A DNA stretch of 64,000 nt, taken from NCBI RefSeq assembly GCF_009914755.1, contig NC_060931.1. One strand, 5' to 3'. The DNA is from the human T2T-CHM13v2.0 reference genome, Homo sapiens. Below the pieces are notes generated by a model. It saw only the letters and a program-made list of their open reading frames with translations, was not told the origin of the DNA and searched no databases. This document shows, piece by piece, positions 53,736-64,000 of the stretch. Within the stretch, counting starts at the first letter, position 1. Every line of letters begins with the position of its first letter. The translations under genes were made by a program, and so were the position numbers.

Positions 53736-56700
53736 TGTTTACAGGAATGGGGCTATCTCCTTGGATTCTCTGTAAATAATGGGGATAGGCATTGTCACTC
53801 CCCTTGGACAGACAGGGAAACTGAGGTCCACAAAGGGGTTTCTGGTAAATGTGATGTTTAGCTGCACGAATTCTCACTTGCTTTCTTTTGTCCTTCCCAT
53901 CTTGTACATGTTAAGACTAATCAAGCTTTCCTTGGAAGAGACTAAACTAATTTTAAGGAGACAGGTAGCTGATGGCCTGGCTGCAAGTCAGTGAATGGTA
54001 ATGGGGAACAATTTCCAAGGATGACTTTCAGCCATCTGGTGGAATTCACAGAGCTTCGCAGTTTAACAGGTCCTTTACAGAACTTGACCCTGTGAGATAG
54101 ATAGTATCATCCCTGAGTTATAAATGAGAAAATGGAGACTCTGAGAAGTTAAGTGACTTACCAGAATCCTAAGGCTGGCTGGTAGGTTGTGGAAGGGGGA
54201 CATATAAGTGAACTCAGTTCTCTAGACTTCCAGCCTAGAGCTGTCTGTCTGACACGCCTTCTTATTGCTTCTGTCTGTATCAGCAACTCCAAATCTAGGT
54301 GTCCTGATTTATTCCCACCTAGATCTTTCATTTTCCTGGTGGTACATTTTCCTTTTTCCTCACCCCACCTAGTGTCCATTCTTTAGTGCCCTGACTGCGC
54401 TAATTTTTAATTGCTGTGTGGATGAATCATTGAATTTGTGCTAAAATGTTAATGACTAATAATGGCTCAAGGTATTTATTCTCTAGAGATTTTCCCTATT
54501 TTTCTTCTTTTTTAAAAATATGATTAAAAACAATAACAAAAATTATTCTTATGGGTCCTGCCCTTGGAGTTTTCAAAAATGGTTCCCATTCATTTATCTT
54601 ATTCTCTTCTCAGATCCAGCCCTGTCCTTTTCTATCTGTGGCCACTGCTCAGCCTTTCACCATCTGCCCTCTGGACTGTTTCAGTAGGTTCCCAGTTGAT
54701 CTCCCCGTCTCCAATACATCCTCCATCCTGCAGCCCAAGCTATCCTGCTTAACATTCCTTGCTCTAAGCTCTTCCCTGGCTTTGTATCCTCCAAGAATAA
54801 ATTCAATCCCTTGGCCTGGCATTCACGGCCATAATCTGGTCCTGCTCACCTTCCAACTGCTTTTCACACTGCGCTTCTTCTAGCACCTTATCCCCCAAAC
54901 TGTCCATTGTTCTTCCTACACCTCACTCTGGGATGTGTCACTGTGCAGTCAGCTGCCCATCCCTGAGTCACCCAATTTCAGGGGAAACTTTCCAAGATCT
55001 CCAAAGAGTCTTTCAAGCTCCTTTTACTTGATTGAGGTGACAGGAAGATTCCCTTCCTACCTGCCTTGCTTGGATGTCCCCAAGAAATGTATCCTCAGAG
55101 GTTTTCACTTTCTAAAGTCCTCACCTTCTATTACCTGCATGTAGGGGTGGGGGTGTGGGATAATGTTGGCTAAACAGGTTTGAGGCCACTCTCTTTGCAA
55201 GTCTTTCATGGACAATCTCTCAAGATAGTTCTCAAAGGGGTAAAGGGTGGGCAATGTGTGGGGGTGTTTTGAATGTCACAGTGACTGGGCAATGACATTA
55301 GCATTTAGGACCAAGGTCTAGAATGCTAACCATGTAGGATGCTAAATGGTTTGTGTGGCAAAGGGCAGCCTACCAATAAAGAAGTGTCCTGATTAACACA
55401 CCTGCCGTGCTGCCCTCCTTGAGAAGTGAACATGGGGTCAGGTGGCAGAAGCATCAGGAAGGAGCAGAGGATTGGAGCTCCGAGAGGGTCCATCCTTCCT
55501 TCCCAGAGAGAACTCCCTTGAACTTCTGGGAGTGAGCAGGTGTGTCAGACCAAGTGTCTAAGGGGGAAGCCTCCGGCTCTGCTGTGCAGCCATACTGGCG
55601 GGAAGAAGGTAACTCTTCCTCCACCTTGGAGATGCTAAAAGGAGAAAAAGGGAACACGCAGACTCAGATTTGTTATTTCGATTGTTACAAAATTCCTCCT
55701 AAAAATTTCCAGACTCATGAAGGAAAAACAATGAGAGAAAAGAAAAGTTGAAAGACCGACATGGGTATGTGGCTACTGCTGGGTTTAGGAATATTCATCT
55801 GTAGCTCCATCTCCATTTGTTAACATCATCAAAGTCTGCATCTCCACCTCCAACACCACCAGGGCCACCTCCAGGATCACTCACCCACCACCACAATCAG
55901 CATCACCTCCAACTTTGCCAATTCCATCCCCAAGACACTGTTCCCTGTGTCTTGACTCTGGGTCAAATTAACTGCCTGGTCCACCAACCTCCTTCCAGAT
56001 ACTCTTTCCCAAATTGGGAAGAACTCAGGGTTTGGAGCGGAACTGTTCCTGGAGCAGAAGACTCTCCTCCATCAGGAAGGGGATGAGTCAGCTTGCTGTG
56101 GGCTTTGACAAGGACTGCAGCTCAAGTTTTTGCAGCTGTAGGTTTCCATAAGCCAGCATGTTTAGGGGGCTCCATTTGACCATTTTAAGGAAGTCCACTG
56201 GTCTTTTGAACTTTTTAAGATGAATCCTGTTTTCAGTGATCTGTGGGCTCATCTAAGCATCATTTTTGGAGGAATCTGTAGTTGGGATGAGTACTCTGCC
56301 TTGAGTTAGGGTTAAAGATCAGTCTGTGACCAGAGCAGGAACTTGTTCTGAGGCTGGGATTAGAGGCCAAACTGAGATGGAGTCAGGGTTGAATGTCTGA
56401 CCTGGGCCGAAGCTCTGGCTGGGGTTGAGTTAGTTCTTTGGGTAGAACTAGTGTCAAGGTCATTAGTTGAACTTCTGTCATATGTCCAAAATTTCTTACA
56501 AAGTACGCCCATTTTATCTATCCTTGAGGGATTCCTCCACCCTCCAGCCCCTGCTTATCACCACCCTACTTTTAGCCCTAAGTTTGCCCGGGCTCAAGGC
56601 ACAGCCACACTCCTGCTCTGGGGTAGGGACTTCAGAACAAGGTGGATAAACTTTTGAATCCAAAGCCCTCTGCTGCCTGAGCCCACAATTGGAGGAGGGG

Positions 56701-57649
56701 AGGGCATAGCCAAGGCCTGATGCCTGCCAGCCCTGGCAGCTGGATGAGCAGCTGTAATGGGATTAGGGCTGGCTATGCCTGCCTCCCTGCATGCCGCCCC
56801 GAAGCCCTCCCTCCCTTCCTCCCCCAGCATTCTGATCAGGATTCAGCCCTCGGCTCTACCTACCCCGGCCAGGCCAGCCCCATTGTCCTCTCCTTCCCTG
56901 GTGCCGGTGCCTAGCAACACTCACAGGGGAGCTCTTTTCCCACCGCCATCCTGGCCCCTCACCCTGCCCCTCGGCTCTGAGCACACACAAGCACCACTTG
57001 CCTTTTTATCACTGCAAAAAAAGCCAGTGAAAGGAAGCCAGCTGGTTTCACCAGATTCTCCCAGTGATCCGATTACAAGCCTGTCTTCTGAAATTCTGGG
57101 CTTCCTTTCCAAGATTCCTAGGTCCTACTACCAGCAATCCTCAGATTACATTTGAAGATTGCAGAGTTTCATTCTGGAATTCTCAAGTCCTGGAGTCCAC
57201 TCTAGGACTCCATGAATTCTAGAATTCCAGGACTTTGCGACATGGGCCTCAGACCATTTAATTGTATTCTAGAATTGAGTTATTGTATTTCAGGGGAGTC
57301 TATGATTCCAGAAACGGAGTCTGTGGCCATAAATCAGGGTGAGAGGGGTTAAGAGATGATGGGGACATGGAAGATGCATTTTTGTTGTCTTTAAATTGCA
57401 GTTTCTGAGGGTGAAGAGAAGAATGAACCTGCTATCTGGAGACAGGGAAGGTGGGATTCATTCACCAACTCAACAAACACTATTAGCTGCTCTAAGCTGC
57501 TCTAAGCAACTCTAAGCACAGGGGACAGAGCATTGAGCAAAGAAGGACCCTGCCCTCAAGCAGCTCGCATTCACCTAGGGGAGACAGATCTGAAACAAAC
57601 TGACAGACAGTATGCTACATGTCAGATCTATGAAGAAAAAGAGCTAAAA

Positions 57650-57860
57650 ATGAATAATTGATACTATATTGTACTTATTCTGTGCTAGGTACTGTTCTAA
57701 ATGCTTTACATGCATTCACTTATTTAAATCTTACACTAACATTAAAAGGTAGATGCGATGGTTCAATCCCACTGAATAGATGAAGGAACTGAAGCACAGC
57801 AGGTTAAATAACTTGTCCAAATGGCAAAGCCAGGATTTGAACCCAATAATCTAGCTCCAA
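57650..57860 (-). mobile_element. MIR SINE
   Basis: tgtgctaggtactgttctaaatgctttaca...agatgaaggaactgaagcacag...ccaggatttgaaccca. Confidence 0.85.
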
Positions 57861-59139
57861 AACCTATGGGCAACCACTGGGCAGGGTTAGGGGTGGAAAG
57901 TGATGGAGGGTGTAGCTTACATAGGGCGGGTAAGGACCTTCAAACAGATACTTAAAGAAGGTGAGGGGGTGACGGATATGGATATCTGGGGAAGGGAGGT
58001 GGGGCAGACGTGTCCCTCAGGGATTGAGCCAGGTTCCTTCTTCCAATAAGGTGGACTAGTGTTCTCTGTGCTGGGGGGCTGGAGGAAGGTTTTCCAGGGG
58101 CACCTGGTGGGAGGGGAAGGCTCAGAGAGACGCTTATTGGTGTGGGCATACAAAGACCCCTTTGCTGGCTCCAGTCAAATTCCTGTGTGTCCTCTCCTCC
58201 CTGGCCACTGCAGATGGATCCCCTCCTTAACAGAGAAGTGTTCTCAGAACACAAAAGAAAAAGCTGGAAGAGACAATCCCTCATGACAGGACTAATCAGG
58301 CTGGCTAATTATGAGTAATTAGAAACACCTCTCTCCCCCGTGGGTGGCCCTGTCCCAGTGTGAAACAGAATGAGGACTTAATTCCCCCGGGAAGGAAGCG
58401 GGACTGGGCAGAGGCATGAGAGGGAGGATACGTCCAGGAGCCCCTGGCCCTCCCTGCATGCCTGGTCTCCTGACCCTGCACTCAGTCTGTCCTGCTTGCA
58501 GACACAGACAATGGCACATAGAAAAGGGAGCATCTGGGACATCAGGGTGGAGCCGAGACAGAGAGAGCTAGAAGCATCTTTGGATGAGTTGTTTCACCTC
58601 TCCAAGACTTGGTTTCTTTATCTGTAAACCTGGGATAATCATAATTCCTAATCACAGCTTTACAACAATCTAGGGAGGCAAGCTAGCAAGATAGCCGAGC
58701 ATGGGGCCTCAGTAAATTGTAGTGCTTATTACTGTTTTGTTTTGTCATCTGTTGCTTTGAATGACTTAAAACAGTTCTTTCCCTTCTCTGGGCCTCAGTT
58801 TCCCCATCAAGGTACTATGGAGGTAGGGATGGGTTACTCACTTACTCAATCAATAAATATTTCCTGAGCACTGACTTTATGCCCAGCCCTGGAGGTGGAA
58901 TAAGACTGACATGGGCTCTCACATTCCAGGGAGCTCCTCAGGGAGCTTGGTCAATGGGTTGCCCCCAGCTGTCACATTCCAGGCTAGAATGGGGGGACCG
59001 TAGTAGACTGGCTTCTAAGGTCCCCAAGGTTCCTGCCCCCTAGAATACAAGCCCGTACAAGTCCTTCCTCTTGACTGTGGGCAGGACCTATAGATAAGAT
59101 GGGGTTTTGATCTCCTGATCAGGCCAGTTATGCGGCAGA

Positions 59140-60222
59140 GGGGAAGGGATTCTGTGGATGTTATTAAAAACTCTAATGAGTTGTCTTCAAGTTCATCTAA
59201 AGAGAGATGATCCTAAGAGGACTTGAGCCAATTACATGAGCCCGTTAGAAGAGGGCCTAGAGAAAGCTTTTACACTGCTGGTGGGAGTGTAAATTAGTTC
59301 AACCATTGTGGAAGACAATGTGGCGATTCCTCAAGGATCTAGAACTAGAAATACCATTTGACCCAGCAATCCCATTGCTGGGTATATACCCAAAGGATTA
59401 TAAATCATGCTGCTATAAAGATACATGCACACATGTGTTTATTGTGGCACTATTCACAATAGCAAAGACTTGGAACCAACCCAAATGTCCATCAGTGATA
59501 GACTGGATTAAGAAAATGTGGCACATATACATCGTGGAATACTATCAGCCATACAAAAGGATGAGTTCATGTCCTTTGCAGGGACATGGATGAAGCTGGA
59601 AATCATCATTCTAAGCAAACTATCACAAGGACAGAAAACCAAACACCATATGTTCTCACTCATAGGTGGGAATTGAACAATGAGAACACATGGACACAGG
59701 GCGGGGAGCATCACACACTGGGGCCTGTCAGGAGGTGGGGGGCTGGGGGAGGGATAGCATTAGGAGAAATACCTAATGTAAATGAGGAGTTGATGGATGC
59801 AGCAAACCAACATGGCACATGTATATCTATGTAACAAACCTGCACATTGTGCACATGTATCCTAGAACTTAAAGTATAATAAAAGAAAAAAAAAAAGAAG
59901 AGGGCCTAGAAATCCAGGATGGAGAAGCAGTGGGGTCTCTCTCCTGTGGCCTTGACAAACCACACTGCCATGAGTGGAGAAAACTATGAGGCGGCAAATG
60001 GTGGGTGACCTCTAGAAGCTCAGGGCCTGAGTCCTACAACCACAAGGAACAGAATTCTGCTAACAACCTTGGGAGGGGACCCTAATCCTCAGATGAGACC
60101 CCAGGCCTGGCTCACTTTGACTGTAGCATTATAAGACTTTGAGCAGGAGACTCTGACCCATGGGAATGGTGGGATAAACAATGTGTGCTTGTTTAAGCCA
60201 CTGTTTGCTGTAACTTGTTATA
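59140..60222 (+). mobile_element. MLT1E/F-like LTR split by L1PA
   Basis: gggattctgtggatgttattaa...; cctacaaccacaaggaacagaattctgctaacaacc...tcagatgagacccca...gtttaagccact. Confidence 0.75.
59262..59895 (+). mobile_element. 5'-truncated L1PA (about PA5/6): ORF2 C-terminus remnant plus 3'UTR
   Basis: WRFLKDLELEIPFDPAIPLLGIYPKDYKSCCYKDTCT; 1-bp deletion frameshift near 59546; G-rich 3'UTR; poly(A); TSD agaagagggcctaga at 59247-59261 and 59896-59910. Confidence 0.97.
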
Positions 60223-61249
60223 GGGCCCTTGAATGTATGCAAGGCCTTGGGCCAGCCCCATCCTGCCGGCTCACACTAACCTTCCCAGCCCCTGATTTGG
60301 GACTAAAGCCCTGGGTGCCTCAATGAATTTCTCACAGACAGTCCTCCCATCACCCATGGCAAAATATTGTTTCATCAGCTGCCAACCTGTTCCCAAAGTT
60401 GGTCATCAAAGATTGTTCTGTTGGCCCTACTTTTAATATAATTATCGGCATCATTTGCATGACACCGAGTCAGGGCTCAGGCTGTCACAGGCCCCATATT
60501 ATCCTGAGCTGCTTTTCTGGGAAAGGCTGTATCCCTGCCTCATGCAGGCTGCTTCCTCCCACACAAATTATCTGTAATTTCCACACCTCCATGCTTGCCG
60601 TGGCCCTGCGTTAAAGCCAGGACTTGTGTGGAGCTGGAGCACACTGTTATTTTCAAAGCAGTCAAGCCAGGCTCCAGGAAGCTATAGGAACAGCAGGAGG
60701 GACCTAGCTTTGACTGCAGCACCTGCAAGGGGGGACAGGCAGAGGGGGTACGGTGTTCACCCCAAGAGTATCTAGACCCAGACCACTGAGGACAGCAAAT
60801 GTGCAGACGGCAGGGCATGTGCAATGTGGCTCCTGAACACACATGATATGGCCTATTTGTAGGATACTCATCAGGGTCCCTTCTGTAGCCAACGAATATT
60901 ATGCACAAATGCCAGGGTGTGCAGAAGATGGAGGAGAGGATGCAGGTAGAGATAAGAAAAGGAAGTCCTGTGAATAGAGATTTGGAAGCGAGAATGGAAA
61001 TATTTCATTCTCCTTCAACCAGGGGCCCTGGAGGGTACTCAGCTCCCATGAGTAAACAGCTGTGTCTCTGGGAGGAGACTACAGCAGGTGAATGGAAAGT
61101 GTCACTCACTCTCTGACAAGAATTGCCTGACAGCGATGAAGCTATGCCTCTGCAGACAGGCCTGCTGCCTGCCTGAGAGTCTGCAGGAGAGGGAACATCT
61201 CTATCTCGGTGGAGAAGATGTGCTTTCCTATTCCAGATCTGTGGATGGC

Positions 61250-61450
61250 GTGTATGTGTGTGTGTGTGGCAGGCCTGCGCAACTGAGTGCATGCACATAC
61301 TTGGACCGTATGTGAATGCACCTCTGGGCATACATGTTAAATGGAAATGCACGTGTGCATGTGTGCACAGTGTACTCGTGTGTAGCAATAAGTATGCATA
61401 TTTGAGTATATGCTCATCTGGGTATAAGGGTGCATTTGGGTATTTATGTA
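61250..61450. repeat. Degenerate (TG)/(TA) purine-pyrimidine repeat
   Basis: gtgtatgtgtgtgtgtgtgg...gcacgtgtgcatgtgtgcac. Confidence 0.65.
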
Positions 61451-62776
61451 CACTAAGGACAGAGACTAAGGGCATTTAATGCTTCACATATGTCTCTTGC
61501 TATTGCTCCAGGCTTCAAGAAATTACTTCTTCCACCCACCCCACCCCCAACACACCCACACTTTCCAGCTCCCTAGAGGCATGTCTTCCCTTCTAACGTC
61601 ATGTTTCTGGGGATAGAGCACAGGACTAAAAGCTCAGAGACCTGGTGTGTTGGCCCAGCTCTGCCACTAGTTAGCCCCATAACAGAACAAATCATTTCTG
61701 TTTCTTGAGCCTCATTTTCTTCATCTGTGAAAGGGGGTGGTAAATGGTCAAGTCTGCACTTAGCATTGAGAGTCCAAGTCCTTTGATTCCTGGCCCCACC
61801 CGCACCCACTCCCAACGGCCCTTCTCCCCTTGCGTGTCCTCACCCATTGCTGTGCCCTGTGGTCAGTAGGGGACAGAGAAGACTCAGGCCTAATCTGTGA
61901 GGAGCTCCCAGGCATCTCTTAACATGGGTATCCCTTCCTCCTTGACTCTAGGCTTTTTGTGAGGCAGCTTCAAGGATTTCTAGAGCTCTTGGAATACAGT
62001 TTGAAAATCATGGATCTAAGCAACCTAACCTTCATTCCCTTGGTTTCTCAGAGGATTCCAAGCGTCCTGGGGACCAGGGTCCATGGGGTGACTGAAAAGG
62101 TTCTAGATGGCATTGGTTCATCTGATGAGGATGCTACCTCCTGGCTCCTCTATGAGACATCAGGGGAAAGGAGTGCACTTGACCTTCTAGGGCCTGCTTC
62201 TGGGGTGGGTGTTCTCCCAGGGAACTCAGCCCTGCCACTGGAATGTCTCTGGAGCCTGTGCGTTCAGGGACAAAGGGCCTTAGTGGGGCAATGGGCATGG
62301 CTTACCCAGCTTAGGGGGGCTGAGCTTTCCAAGGCCTCTCTGTTGCTTGCTCTATTCTGATGCTGATGCTTCCAGGCCTTCCAGGGAGCACTCTCTGAGG
62401 CACCTGGGGCTTCTCAGAGTCTCTCTGGCCATCTGACCCCAGTGCAGATGTAGCAGACCGGAGGGCATTCTGAATGAAGCTTTCCCATAGACAGAAACGC
62501 TATTTCACAGTCTGGCATTCAAGGCTCACACCATTCCCCAAACAGGGATTAAATGGGCCAATGCACAAAAGGCAGTTACTTCCCAGCCTTTCCATACCCT
62601 GGTGCCTGTGGAAAATGAAAACATTTATATGTCTCCTGAGGAAAGTGGAAAAGGCTGCTTATGGCTGCCCAGGAGGCTGAGGGACCAGCAACTCAGCACA
62701 CTTCTAACCTGTTCTGGACATACGAGCATGCTATCTTGGGATGCTTGCCCGCAAAGTATTAGCAAAGGGCTGACGA

Positions 62777-62956
62777 CAGGGGTGCCTAACCATGGCTGCA
62801 CATTAGCATCCCCTGGGGAGTTGTAAAACATTCTCTTGCCCAGGCCTCACCATGGACCAATTGTCTAATTATCTTGGGTGGTGAGGCCTGGGTGTAGGTA
62901 TTTTTTAAAAGCTCCCCGGGGGGATTCTGTAGCGCCCGGAGGGTTGACAAGCACTG
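62777..62956. mobile_element. MER5A
   Basis: ggctgcacattagcatcccctggggagttgtaaaa...gtattttttaaaagctcccc...gggttgacaagcactg. Confidence 0.85.
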
Positions 62957-64000
62957 GTGCAAGACATGGTGAGCATTCGGTCGATGTCAGCTGTCTACAA
63001 TAAAGCACCTGGGTCCTTGTGTGTGCTGTTCTTGCCTGAGCAGCGTAAAAGCTGGAGTGGGGTGGGGTAGAGTGGGGTGGGCTGGGGTGGGGGCCCTGTA
63101 GTCAGGGAGGAAACTGTTGCTTAGGAAAGATGAATGCTGGGTAGGGTGGCCTGGCATCCATCTCCCTCAGCCACGTCTCAGAAAATTGAATTAAAACCCA
63201 TATTTTTCAGCTGCTGCCCGCCTGGCTGGCTGGCTTGTGGAAGGGAGTGAGGCAGTGAGCACCTCAAGGCAGGGAAAAGCTGGTGAGGGGGGCCCCCAGC
63301 CTCCTTCCCTAGGAGACAGAAGGCAGCCCAAGGGGTCCTCTGAGAGAAGACCCTTCCCAGGGGTGGTCCCTTGGCCTCAGGTCTTCCCAAAGCCAGGCAC
63401 GTAGGGGTAGGGTGGGAGTGGTAGGCTGGCTGGCTTACAAGGTCAGAGCTAGATCTGGAGGTGAAGTTGATTTTTTGGGTGAATGGGTGGGGAGGCAGAG
63501 AAGAGGGGCCTGTCCCTGGGGAGGCCTAATCTCAGGGAACAGAATTGGCATAGCTCCTCTTCCAAGATTATTTGGAGAGACCACAGTGGCATGCCTGTGA
63601 CAGGCGGAGAACAGTGCAGGACGTGAAAGCCTGAGTGGCTTCCAGAATTAAGGGGGTGGGAAGAGCTCACAAGGTAGAACAACACTAAGTTGGGCAGCAG
63701 GATAAGATTTCTGATAAGAAAGTTGCCTGTGTGTCCTTGGGCTAGTCTTGTTGCCCCTCTGGGCTAAGGTACCCCACCCATAGAGAAGGAGACTAGACAA
63801 CCCTCCTGGATCCCAGCTCTAATGTGTGTTCCATGCCTCACCCAGGCTGATGCTACTCGGGGGGCTGGAATTAGAATCGAAATCTACGAGGGCTGCTAGC
63901 CTACACGGCATCTTTAAGACAGTTAGAGAGGTGCCGCCTCCAGGTGAATCCACTAGAAAAAACTGCCCTTTTTGGGTAGATGGGGGCATGCCTGGTTTGG

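Noticed and set aside
59306-59593. L1 ORF2-like peptide as a CDS
   Set aside because: 5'-truncated, frameshifted L1 remnant; annotated as a mobile element.
62030-62200. Possible splice acceptor (ttcattcccttggtttctcag) opening a reading frame
   Set aside because: No convincing donor or recognisable protein; cannot be supported without RNA data.

Overview
Primate genomic DNA, almost certainly human: it carries an AluYb8-type element with the diagnostic 7-bp GCAGTCC duplication. The window is fairly GC-rich and intergenic or deep-intronic, and I cannot assign the locus. I recognise no protein-coding exon, tRNA, rRNA or CRISPR array. The ORF track is noise apart from Alu translations and a frameshifted L1 ORF2 C-terminal remnant. 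A large share of the window is transposon fossils: L2, MIR, HAL1/L1M, L1PA, about 12 Alus, LTR12, THE1D, MSTA/B/D, MLT1, LTR40, MER82, MER20, MER33, MER5A and MER96B. Repeat family names come from recalled consensus sequences, not from a database run. The most unusual structure is a cluster of short local copy-paste events in the first 8.3 kb: an inverted repeat, a 97%-identical direct copy, an inverted copy of part of a neighbouring MER82, and a 50-bp unique segment copied into an AluJ. Together these suggest a fossil template-switching hotspot. It sits next to a (CA)20, Z-DNA and (GCT)7(GCC)4 cluster and a solo LTR12 promoter aimed at it. Other points of note are a young, possibly polymorphic AluYb8, an unidentified LTR nested in an MSTA, a head-to-head Alu pair, a nest of palindromes at 57.2 kb and several candidate homeodomain/octamer enhancers.
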